In this document: positions 36,400-49,500 of the stretch, piece after piece | Layout: each line of letters starts with the position of its first letter | How positions within the stretch are numbered: the first letter of the stretch is position 1 | Source: Bispira polyomma | Taxonomy: Eukaryota | Direction: 5' to 3' | DNA length: 64,000 nucleotides | Assembly: GCA_965649765.1 (NCBI GenBank) | Contig: OZ287756.1 | Location: 43,648,001-43,712,000 of the forward strand | Made by a program: the position numbers and the translations under genes | The notes under the pieces: model-generated | The model's database searches: none | Told to the model about the DNA's origin: nothing | The model's input: the letters and a program-made list of their open reading frames with translations, nothing else

Positions 36400-39300
36400 G
36401 TCGACAGGTATTAAGGTAGTTATAAATTTTATTATGTGTGAGGGTGAACTGAAGTGGCAGACTCCTTCATGGTCGTGCTTGCTATTAGAGCATGTAAAAA
36501 CAAAGTGTTTGGCAATTAACAGTATAATTATTTTTTTTTCAATTATTTTATTTTTGCTAAGTAATTCCGAGTTCTAATAATTCTGTGGAGTATTCTGTAT
36601 TGTAACCAGATAAAAGAGTGATCCTTTATTGTCCGAAAGCAAATTTAATTAGAATGCTACCATTCGATATCTAGGTTTTCACTCCACTTTTAGGTTTAGG
36701 TTTGGGATTATCATAGTTTTTATTCAACATTCTATAGAATTCTCCAGCTTTACCTTCAGTTTTTGGCAGAATAGTTCAAGTAATGTGGAATAAAAGGTCT
36801 TACAAAATTATAATGAAAGATTTTATGTTTGATTTAACTGTGTAGCACTTAAAAATATTGACCTTTAAATCAAAATATTGTTAGATATCATCCTGGCTCA
36901 TTATATTGCCATTTACATATAAATATGGCAAAGTGCATAGTTTCCTTGGGGGATTATACCACAATGGTACTGAAATTACCTCATTATCAGTGGCAGGAGG
37001 AGCTGCCAGCATTAATGAACTCCAAGATGCAAAAACTTCTTTCCAAAATGGATTATGCACAAATTTGCCAGGATCATTGGCCACTGACTGAGTAATTTTT
37101 CCGAGTGGTGTTAGATATCCCTTTTTCTATTGACTTAACATTTTATTTACTTTTATGATAAGAGGTTCAAAGTTTAACTTTGGTATTCTCTGAAGGTCAA
37201 CAGAAAATTGAAGGCTAAGGAAGCAAAACTCAGTTGTATCCAATAGCAGATTTACCTCAGTGTCATATACTTTTTCGAATGCTTCTTTTCCCCAATGAAA
37301 CTAGTTTGGTCTTATCTGTGTTAACTTTTAATATATTACCAAAAATGCCTAGGGTATTCCGAGCTGTCAGCAGGGACTCTTTGCTTCCATCAAGAAATAG
37401 TGCTGTGTCGGCGGCAAATTGGCTTATTTTGTAAAGTGTTGATTAATAATAATCCCTTTAATACAATTATTGTAATTTATCACAAGAATTAATATCTCGC
37501 CACATAATGGAAACAAGTGCGAGGCAATATGATCTCGTTATCTGCAACCTTTTTCTATAGTAAAAGATTCAGACAGAAAGCCAGATTGTAGTATTGATAA
37601 CTTAACGTTAGAGTTAAAAGTTTTTATCCATGTCTTAAAACTTTAACTAAATTTAGCACTGAATCAAGCACTGAATAAAGGAAAGACCATGATACAGAAT
37701 CAAAGGCCTTCTCAAAGTCAATTAGCATAATATGCCTTTGAATGTCTTTGAGCTTAAGATAGTGCATGCTGTCATAAACAAGTCATGTACTCTCACCTAT
37801 GAATCTTCTTCCTTTAAACCCTGATTGGCATCTAGATATTAAAGAATCCAGAACCTTCTTCCAACGATTAGCTATGGCAAAAAAGGCTATTTTATAAGGT
37901 ACTGATTAAAGTGAAATAGGTCAAAAGTTTTTCAAGTTTTCGTCAGGTGTGTCACCATTTGGTAAGCAAATAATAATACAAATCTTGAGAGATGTAGAAA
38001 ATTCACCTTTTAAATATGCACAATTTAGGGCTCATAAAATAATAAACTTTATATCAGACTAAAATATCTTCAAACATTCAACAGGAAAGCCGTTTATGCC
38101 TGGACATTTGTTATTTTTCATTTGTTTCAAAGCCTGTCCAATTTTATCAATAGTTAATTGACACTTTAATGCATTTGCTTCTAATTGAGTTAAGTTTCTG
38201 ACATCCACATACTTAAAAAGATCTTGTAAATTGACATTCTTTTGACCTATTTTTTTCTCAGAAAATAAATCAGAGTAAGATTTGCTTACCTCACTAAAAA
38301 ATTTGTTTCACCAGTATTGCACTTGCCATTGTTTAGTTTCACACATTTAATGTGTTTGTTTTTTAATATAGTTATGTTCTTCCAAGGAGCAAAATTATTT
38401 TGAAGATATTTCACCTTACTTTAATGATTGAATTCTTGCTCTGGCAGCAATACCTTGCATCCGTTTTGACCTATAGTTTCAAGCTCTTTCTTATTATCTC
38501 CTATGTTATCAGATATACCAAGATGCAGTTCAGATTTCTCCAGAAAATCTATGTCGGACAGAAAGTTTTTTCAGTTAATTTTATTGTATTCTTTCGGAAT
38601 GACTTATATTTAATAGTTTCACTCCTTATTCTCCATAGAAGTGTTTCTAAGAACAAAACATCATTTATCATTAAATAGACATGACTAAAAAGTGCTGCAG
38701 GTACTGATGTGAATATACAGTTTAATTTCAATAGTCCTCTTTCTCTGATAAAGCTATTTATTATTATATTAATTTCAATAATAGAATGGTCACTTCTATA
38801 GCTTAGGTTAATCATAGCATCAAATATACGATCATTTAAACTATTAGAAACAATAAAATAGTCCAAGCGTGCAAGTCCTAATGGATTTTTACATTTCCAT
38901 GTATATTTACGGACTTTTGGATGACAGTAACAAAAGGTATTGCTCAAATTAAAAGTATTTATCATATCTAGAATCACTTGTCTTGACCAAGGATTATTAA
39001 TATTTTTGTAATGTAAACAGTCAATTGATGGTTTTAAAGCTATGTGAAAGTCCCCACAACTGATACTGTAGTTCTGATCATTTGATTCTAAAGTAGTAGA
39101 AAGTTCATTAAACCAGATATATCACTTATTTTGACATCAACAGAAATAATCCTACCACTGATGTCTTTGAATTCTGATAATATTTTGTATTAAAAATTAG
39201 TGTTAAATAAAATAGCAACTCCTGGAATTTGAGCAATAGTTACTCATAACACAATCACCTTTCTATATATGACAGGTTTTTCTTTCATCAGAATTGTTCC

Positions 39301-39433
39301 AGTGTGTATCCTGGAGACAAATAATCCCAGCACAAATATCTTTTAAGAAATTTTAACCATCAAACCATTTCTTAAGATCTTGAAGGCCCTGCAGATTAAC
39401 TGACAACACTTTCACCTTGTTGCCTACTGACAT
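36400..39433 (-). mobile_element. Degenerate L1/Tx1-clade LINE ORF2 (APE endonuclease + RT)
   Basis: Minus-strand fragments KVLSVNLQGL, IICLQDTHW, ARLDYFIVS..YRSDHS, QSGFKGRRFIGE, LIDFEKAFDSVSW, QFAADTALFLDGS, NPFWKEVF..PLWYNP. Many stops and frameshifts. A possible 3' A-rich tail lies near 35365-35405. Confidence 0.88.
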
Positions 39434-40550
39434 ATAGGAGTGAGACCCAGCTGACAGCATTATCAAAATACCAATACCGAACAATAATCAAAACATTTTT
39501 CAAAAAGCAATGTCATATTCTTTAGTGCTTGTGAAATGTGGAATATTACTGTTACATTTAAAAATGAATAAAACAATAGCAATCATGAACATAAGTTAGC
39601 TGCATGGTAGATAATATTGTCCAAAACTTGTCCAATGTGTTTTTACAACATGGCAAACACCTTGTGTTATAACCACACTATGAGAACAGCTAGGTTCAAT
39701 AACATAACAAAAACACCTGACACAATCAATTCTACAAAAAGTTATATAACAAATTTAACATACACGGTTTACATCTTAATAAAAAATATATTTTACTTTT
39801 AGATTTAGACATTGAGTATACTCCTACATCCACCAATATGTATTACTTTTGTTGTGGTCTGTGTTGTTTATGTCTACTTACAGTTATTGTTGATACAGCA
39901 TTGTAATCTGATACAAAAACTTTTGTTTGATATCTTAATGTATTGTAGCAAACACTGTGTTGTCAGTTGTTAGTGTCTGCAGTAGCAATTTGACTTATGA
40001 AGCGATTTTGTTGGTTGAGAAGACATAATTTTATCCAATCAGAAGTAAGATGAAATTACAATATTTTTTTAAGCTTGAACTAATAACAGGACATGGCCTA
40101 TATTTTCATGATTTTTTATATATTTTTAATTTGCTGATATTGATAGAACAGACCACAAATGTAACATCAGACCATTCAACTTGACAATTAGAAGCCCACA
40201 ACATTTGCTCAAAAAATTAGTGCATTGTTCACTGATTAGTGTTGCAGTGCAAACCCAACATTTTTTAAAAGAAAAATTTAATTCTCGAAAGTAACTTTGC
40301 AATAATTGGTGTGTAGAGTACTAAAGTATACTGACAATAAAATTTAACATACTTTGAAACATTTCACTTTAAACTAGTCTTTTTTTCAACCTATGTGGTA
40401 CGTTATATAAATATTACAAACTAACAGAACCAATCAGAATCGGTGACACAATCTTGTCATGTTAGACTGACATTTGGTAACATGACATAGGCCATTGACA
40501 GTTCATAACTGGTATGTGTTTTATTTGTTTGTGACAAGACTGCACAAAAA

Positions 40551-43500
40551 CTATTCTTTACTATTTGTTCTGAAGTTCTTCAATGTGGTACTCTTCATGA
40601 CTTTCATCTCTTCTGTAACTCCAAGGCACTGGAAAATGTTACACTGCATTTAAATTATAGGTAATGTTTAACACAGAGATCTCAAGTCAAGGGCAGAAAT
40701 AATTTTAAAAAGAGATTATATGACAGAATCAATAATCAACAATGGTATTGCAAAGTAGACTTAAAAGTATAAATAAACTAGAAAATAACAAGATAAAGTT
40801 TATTTACTCTATCTTGTTATAAATACCATTGGAGAAACTTAAATTGTCAAATTTGTAATATAAACTTTCTAGCTGATCTATGGAGTTCCAAAATTGGTAA
40901 TGCAAGTGAGAAATAGAGTTTTTTTACACAGAGTCATAATATTATAATACAGTACTCCAATAAAGCTTTGTCTTATGTGAATCTGTTATTATACCCTAAA
41001 CTTTTTTTTTAGAAACTGAGAACAGCGAATACCAAAATTTTTCTAAATCCGCTCGTATATCTAGACCCATACCAAAATACTTATGGATTCTCTACCATAT
41101 TTCATGTAATCAGTTCAGCATATTTTTTTTTTTAATCCAGGTGACAAATAGACAATCAAACAAACCAACGGATACAGGCAAAAAATTAAGCCTCCTTCCT
41201 GGAGTGTATCAAAACTAACCCAAGCATAGAGACAGGCAGCTGCAGTACTTTTTTCTTTAACATCTTCAAATTTGTATGGTTTTAGGATCTCCATTGATCT
41301 GGTTGCTGCTTCCAGGTTAACATCTTCGAGGCGAAACTTGCAAATGTGTCTTTTTAGTACATCTCCCAAATCTGGACTACTTTCTAATTCCTGGAAATTA
41401 TATTATCTAGACTAGATTGCAAACAGTTGATGAATCATTGAATTTGAATTTATTTTTTTGAATTTGTTTGGATTTAATGTTGCTTGCTTTCAACAGATTA
41501 GGTCATATCACGATGGCCAGATTTAATGGTGGAAGAAATCAGGGCTGAAGCTGACCTACGGTAAGTACCTGACAAACTTCCCCACATGAAAGAACGAACA
41601 GGATTTAAACCCAAATTGGTGATTACGAAGGTACCTCTTCTAGCTACAAGGCCACTGTGGCCCTTGTATGAATCATTGACTGCTTTTTCTATACTGAATA
41701 CAGTTGTAAAAACAATAAAGTATTATTTATATTGTAACATTGACATATATGTAATAAATAAAATAAAATTAAAATAAAAATAAAAGATGACACTATTTCA
41801 AGGAATAATAATTTTAGGCAAAATACTAAGCAATGCTCATTGGATAGTACTTAACTTATGCTGCAATTACACTGTCCAAGTTCTAGCCAAGTTTTTTGAG
41901 TTTACTACCGACGATTAGAACTTGGCTGGGCGGGAGAGAATGAGGAGAAAATGTTCATTTCCATTTGCATATATTTGCATGCCAGGTTTATGCCCTGTTT
42001 ATGCCCAGGATATGCCCAGTATTGATTGAATCTCACCAGTTTATGACCTGTTTATGCCCAGACCAGATCTAACGATTTCATCACACGTTCGTGTAACATT
42101 TGCTCCAGATTACACAAGTTCTTAGCCGTTTGAGCTCCATTTATTCCTCATTTATGCCCCAACCACATCCCTTGACTCTAGTTCTTTCAAGATTCTGATG
42201 GTGTGAAGGCCCCATTAAGAGCAAGACAATAACAATAAATATATAATTTGTTTGCATTTTTCTACAAATCATAGACAGATGTCCTGCTTAATATTTTGTG
42301 GTAAAAACACTGTAAAAACAACTTGATAGTGTTTACCTTAGCCAAGCTTCCATGTTCATTCAGTAACAGTTGAATGGCTGTCATAATTTCTTCCTCTAGT
42401 TTTGAATTTTTGCTCCTGTCTTGTACATCTGCTATAGATGAAGAATCCAGTTCCGTTATTGCATTTTCCAGTCTTTGGGTTCTTTCCATTGACTTGATAG
42501 AATTCCTCATTGTATTGTATTTCTAAATAATGCACATTGTACACATTCAGATATTTTGTTTTGCTTTAAATAAATGCCAATGAATACAAAATCCATAATA
42601 GATAGATTCATATACTTATTTAATGTAGGCTTTAGGGTTTTTCAACATATCTTTTGTCGTATCACAGAGAGCAGCTAACTGATGGAAGAAGTCAGAGTAG
42701 GTAAGTAGGTCGAGGTTTTCTACTCCGCAAACCACTCACCTTCAGCAAATCTACTGCAATGGTGTGATTACATTTTGTCAAAGGATGTCATCCCTTATTA
42801 ATCATTAAAGCATTATCAGGGACCAGAGACCTTTACCGGACCAAATTTGTATAGTTTTACTCGCTCTGGCAGCAAAAATAATCTTTTTGATCACCAGACT
42901 AACTCCCAAACACTAGGCCACAGGAGACCACCAGTATAACTTACCTTTTTCAGTTTTGTAGTATATGACCTGGCCTCCACTTTCTCCACCATTTTGTACA
43001 GGCGATCCAGGTTATGTGATCCTGTCTCTTCCATTAATGCTGTGTGAAATAAGAAATTAACTTATATATTGAATATTCTAAGTTCACTGGAGATATACTA
43101 ATACAATTTTGTTAGTTATTTAAAAAATATAAATCAAAATATTCTTCATGGCCACATCATGAGCAACATTTTTCTTAAATGAAATTCTGAACAAATTAGT
43201 CCACAATGAGTTTTTTAACAGGATTTTTTGTACTGAAGCCTTTTATAATATACTTTAAAAGAGGATATTGGCAATCCCCTTGATTAAAATTGTAGTAATG
43301 TAATTTCAAAGTATAATGATTGTTGGCGAAATTGAACAAAATGCAACAAGCACTGTTCATAACAATAATACTTTGCTTTGAGTCTTATTCCTGCTCTTAA
43401 GCCTAGTCTTAAAACTAACTTGTAGATTTTGATCCACAGTGTGGTTACCTTTCTCCATTTTCTGAAAATCTCGTTCTCTTTTCTGCTTGTCACACTCCTC

Positions 43501-46500
43501 TTTAAGAATTTGTTCTCTTTCCAGTTGATATTCCTCTTCTTGTTTCTTCTCTTGCTGCTTTAAATATTCCGTTGACATCACCTACATAAACCAGATTACA
43601 TTTTAGAAAAATTTAGTTTGCTTTCAACACTTGTGTGCTATAGCACCATGGTAGTATGCTAGTGAATGAAACCAGTACAGATGAGTCCATTGTAAACCAC
43701 CAGCTTTCAGCAAGTCTACCAACAACTGTCAGACATGTATACCGGGGGTCAGATTTGACCCCAGGACTACAGAGGTGTTAGGCAAGAAACCTGTTGCCTG
43801 TTACTGTTATTATAAGCCCTTGGCCTGTTAACTAGGGGCCACGGTGATCTAGTGGTTAGCAAGCATTGCACTTCACAATCACTGGTCTCTCACCTCTGGG
43901 CAGCGTGAGTTTGACTCCAATCAATGCCTATGTGGAAAAGGTGGTAGTTCCTTACTGTGGACCGCTGGTTTCAGTGCAGAACCTTGATCAACTGTATGCA
44001 ATGTTACCTCCAGCATTTCCCAATTCAAATTCAAATTGATCTGTAAACTGCCCATCATGATGGGACACAGACATGTCAAAAACAATGTTAAAACTCAAAC
44101 TAATCAAAATCAAACTGATCAAACCAAGTGAAATTGGTGGAATTAAATTTTTAGACATTATTACTATACACTATACATACTTCATATGCAGTCAGACCAG
44201 AATAGGAGGTGCCTTCTGTGGAAAACTTTGCAGACAATTTGAGTCCTTTTCCTGCAAAACCTGTGTTGAAAGTTCCAGTCCATTCTTGTTCTTCATTCTA
44301 TAAATTAATGTATATTATAATATAAATGAACTGCTTAGATTTAATTTTATTTTCGAGTATTTAAAAAGCCCAAAATTGAACCTCCAAATCACTCTATTTA
44401 GATAAGTAATGTTCTTGTATTTACCACAACAATAGTATCAAACCAAACCTTTGTTAGGTGTGTCCAGGAACCCCCATCTTTGATGATAGCCACATCATGT
44501 GCATCAGGAATCAGAGCGGATACGTCCATTTGCTGTCGTTCAAACAGTTGTCCATCAAGTGGAGCATGTAGTTTACAGCCAACACCCCATACAGAATAAA
44601 ACTTTGGGAATGGCTTACAATTCTTCATTTGTACAGGAACATACACAACGTAATCATATATGCATGGTAATGAACCAGGCACCTGCTTCTCCTTGGCAAA
44701 GATACTAAAATTGTACATTCCTGACTTCGGGAATCTCACTTTAAAAGCAATGTTGCCTTTAGTTTGCTGAGGAAATGAATACTCGGTCACTTTTTCTCGG
44801 GAGATGCCGTTCTGAAGGTACAAGTTTGCACTAAAGTCAAGTGGAACAGAATACTGAAACTCGATGGTTTCAAATCCTTCCTTTGACGTGAAGTAGGGTT
44901 CTGTGTGTGAAACTGCTGAAACATTCAACCTGGAAGAATGAGATATTTGATCATATCAAAAAACCTTATCAAAATATTATTACCATTTTGAAGTTCTCAT
45001 TCTCAAAGGTATACACAAGTGCAGGGTTATATGCCTTTATAAATAAGAAAAGAAAAAGCTTAAAATAATAGCAATACTATCATTGCAGTGCAAACAGTGA
45101 AAAGACGGAGATTTATGTTACTTACTCTGAATGTCCTCCAACATGCTGATTGGATATAACAGGAAACTTCAGCTGGTTATAGACACCACTTGTAGATACT
45201 ATCAGGTATGTACAAAGAAGTGGCAATGTCCCTTCTTTCTTCTGGTGCTTAGCATATATGTCCATTGCAAAGTGACCTTTTTCTTGCAGTCTTAAGTTGA
45301 TGGTTACCTTTCCATTTTCTGTGCTATATAATATCCAATCTTTGAAGTCATCATTTTTCCTATTCTGACAAGATAATCTGACCAGTAGATCTACCTGTGT
45401 TTTAAAGAAAAAAAATTTATATCATCTACCATCACTTGTTGCACATCATAAATTTAATTCCTTGAATAGTATGTAATATGCACCACAGAAATGTACATAA
45501 ATGCTATGGTATATAAGAAGTATAATTGATGTTAATATTATACAATGTTTACTTACTGACCTAGCAGGGTCATACATAAAGACAAGTTCCACCTCTCCAT
45601 CATCAGTTTCTATGGTTCCATCTTTACTACAGTTTAGTGGTTTCATGCCAAGGTCAAAAAGGTTCTGTCCTGGACCCCATTCCTGTCTGAGTCACAAAGA
45701 GTAACAGACTGGTATTAGGAAACTTGATATATCACAACAATTACAGAAATTATAACATATTTTGTACCAGGGGTCTGTTGTGTTTACTGAATTGTTGTTA
45801 TTGACCTCGGCAGGGGGCAGGGGACTCTCGATGGTGTATTGGTGATGCACTCTTCTTATACATCTGCAGTCGTTGCATTAAATAGCATGTATATTGAAAA
45901 GTTGGCAGTAGACTTGTTGAAAACTGGTGGTTTGCACAGCACACAGTCTTGACCAAATATCATGCAGTGAACTGCCAATTGCTATAGGAGCCATGCTGAA
46001 AGCGATGGTAAACTATACCAGCCATTTGGGTTTCTTTTATTGGAATGTATTTTGAAAACAACAAATCATTTTCTGTCAATATCATACAAGATGTTGACAT
46101 CCCCACCATGTTTAGAGGTTTGGGCTATGAAAAGATTTGTACATCATCACAATGGATAGTCATATCACTAATCAGACAAATTTTGTGACCCTTCAATGGG
46201 GCTTTTGATGGTGTTCAGAAATCACACCTGTATGATCGATTGCATACCAAGGTTGGTATTCAAAGATTCTGATTCTTAAATTTTTGTCTCAAGCAATAAT
46301 ATTTGCTTTTGTTGCTTGATGTGTTGTTGTGTGTATTCTTGTCTGGTATTCACAAAGATATCATTGTTTGAACAAACTTATTGGTTCAAAGAATCTGATT
46401 GGCTAAGCTTTAAACAGTATAACTATTTGTCAATATGGCTCCTTTGTCTTGTTTAGTTACACTACAAAGTAATTTTAGAATAAATAATATAAAAATATAC

Positions 46501-49500
46501 CTGTTGTTTATGGGTAGTGCTGGACAAAGCTCTTTTATCTGTGTACACAACAGCAAATATTCTGCAGAGAGTGAGTAACTTGAACCTTTGTCACTACCAT
46601 TTTTGACAAGTAGCTGAAATTTGTACTTTCCTGTTGCTGGATAGAGAATCTAACATAGGAAATAAACAGGCAATACTATCTAAAGTACATTCATAGAGAC
46701 CAGTATTAATATTGTACAAGTGAAAAACATTTAACTTTTTACAATTTTCGATAAATTCACTGGACTTGGTGTTTACAGTTGGCTAGATTTAGTTTAAAAT
46801 ATAAATATACGTTCACATTTTTACTGGCAATTAATTTCCACTTTCTTAATCCAAAAGCTAAAATTAGAAAAGCATACATTTAATTTTTAACTGCTTTACA
46901 GGTGGGATGTAAGACACATACCATTGATACATAGAACATTTCTTAAGAAGCAATAAACTTATGAAACATATGTTCAAATAATTACAAACCTTACACATCA
47001 CTGTACCATCCTTTTGTTCTACATACACAAACTGAGTCAGTTTGTTGCCTTTGTGGTCAATATCCAGGTTTCCATCTTTGGAAGATTTCCAAAGGCGATA
47101 CATGAACTGCCTGCGTTCTACTTTGGGTAAACCAAATTTAATGACAGTATCCCCACTGGGTGCATGCACTGTGCCTCTTTTAGCTTGCAGCACATTCATC
47201 CCCAACTTGAAAAATGGACCACGAAGAAAGGCCATGTTCTACAAGAAACAAATTACAGGACACCATGTGTTCTCTGCAACTGAAGTGTACAAAACTACTT
47301 TAAATGTATTTGAGAGTCATAATGATGAAAATGTAAAATGGTATGCATCAAATTTATTACAAAATGATATCATATATATCTATATATATATATATATATA
47401 ACATATTGTAAATATAACTGAATCACCTGAAATTCTTGTTTGGTAACTGGTCTAGCTAAAAGCTGCCATTTTTCATCATCAGGGAAGTGGTCATAAATAT
47501 ATTCCTCTGGATCTGTCACAAAGTAGAATTCGTCCAGCCGGTATGAAAGACCAATAGGAGCATTATCAACTTCTCGATATCCCTAGAAATACATACAAGA
47601 TCAGAAGTTAATCTTACTTATACTTCTGCTAGGAATACCTGTATAAGCTATCCACACCTCAATTTTTTCCAAGTTTGACAAACGTAAGAACAGAGGTCAA
47701 ACATTTTTATTTGCGTAATTTTTCCACACCATATCAGTATTCTTAAAATGACTCAAATAATTCCTGTTCAAGTACACTTTTAGTCAATCTGCTGCCCTAA
47801 TTGTTTCGTTATGACTCTGGCTTTGTTTGTGGACTATTGTACTGAATTACAGAAATAATTAGCTCATTCATTGTGGAAATAGATTAGATTGTATATTTGT
47901 TACCAGTTTCCACCACCACTTTAGTATATTAAAATATTCACTTCAACGTAACCTTACATATGTTTTTCATGCAAACTTTTATTAATAAACTTGACTTAAT
48001 AAAGTAGAAATAAAAATTGGTCACACTATTTTCAGTAAAAATAATATCCAATTGAGATTCTTATTTGTAATGAAATGATGATAAAATTAAATCAAATTTG
48101 TGTAAATTGTTACAACACACTGGAAACTGGGACATAAATTGTGTGGTGGTAACACACTCGCTATTCTGTAACGCTCCAACCCTGGTATGTATAGGAGAAA
48201 GTTGGCAATAGACTTGCTAAAGGCCGGGGTTTGCAGAGCACAAAACCAATGCTAACAACTCTGTTCTTTTTTCCTTCTGTCAGTGAGCTGCCTATTGGGA
48301 TATTTAAATTAAAATTAAATTAAACCATTTCAGAACCATAGAAATAATGTCAAATATAAATATGTCATACTTTTCCACTATCATCTATAAGCTCCCATTC
48401 ATCCTTGGCACCCCCTGTCTGATGTCTTGCTGCAAAATGGACATCCACTAATCTCCAAAGTCCATCTATCTTTACTGCAATCCAGGTATTATGGCAATCC
48501 TTAGGGATGATCTTCTGTCCAATTGTATATCTAACTGCTTTTACAGTACCTTCTATAACCTCACATTGTAAACCAGCAGCCCTACAGTTATACAAGTAAA
48601 TAAAACATAAATTCTTGAGCTATGGTCAGCCAGATCAGGTCAGAGTGGTTTTATTAGGTTTTGTATTTGTTATTATTATATAAGTTTTGTCGACACTTTG
48701 TAGTTTGTCTTATATTTTAGTATATTTGGGTTTCCTCTGTTACAAACACTACACAACTGTAATTGTTCTTGTGTGTATGCTTTTAATCCTGTCATATCAT
48801 GCACATCACGTCACATTGGTGAAAGGTTGTTTTGTAGTAGAAACAGTATATTTTATTGCTAGTAAATCTAGACAGGATTGATCTTAAAATTTAAGACCAT
48901 ATATACCCAGAAATATAAGCCCAGGTATTTATTGACAGAATTATTAACACCTTAATCTCACATGGTCATGCTGTTACAAGAGTGGCAGTTTTTTTTTACA
49001 ATATTTCCTTATCACATTTAGATGATATAGGTTTAGACACATGGTTATCTTCTGATAAATGAAGTAAGTCCATTTCTGCCAAAAAATACATAAGGTTTGA
49101 AATAGAAACATTAATATCCATTACCTGCACATACTTTCATACAATCTACTGTAGGATCCTTTGACATCTTTGATGCTTAAGAGTTTTTCTTTCACACTCT
49201 CACTGAATCCTTTTCCTGTCAAATTGGCTAAGTTCTGTGCACAACACCATCTAAATATGACACGAGCTTTTTCTAGCTCGGTGCGACATAAGCTTATGAG
49301 ATAGCCAACCAATTCTTCAACAGTCTTGTTTAGGTATTCAGGAGGTGTCTGAAATCAATGTCACTTTTTAAAAGTAAAAGTATTAAATAGGAATAGACCA
49401 TAATCCTACAAAGAAAACAAGTATTTTATGTGATAACAGGAACAAACTCTTTTTTTTATTGCGATAAAACCTTATCCTCACTAATGCTTTAATTTAGTAC

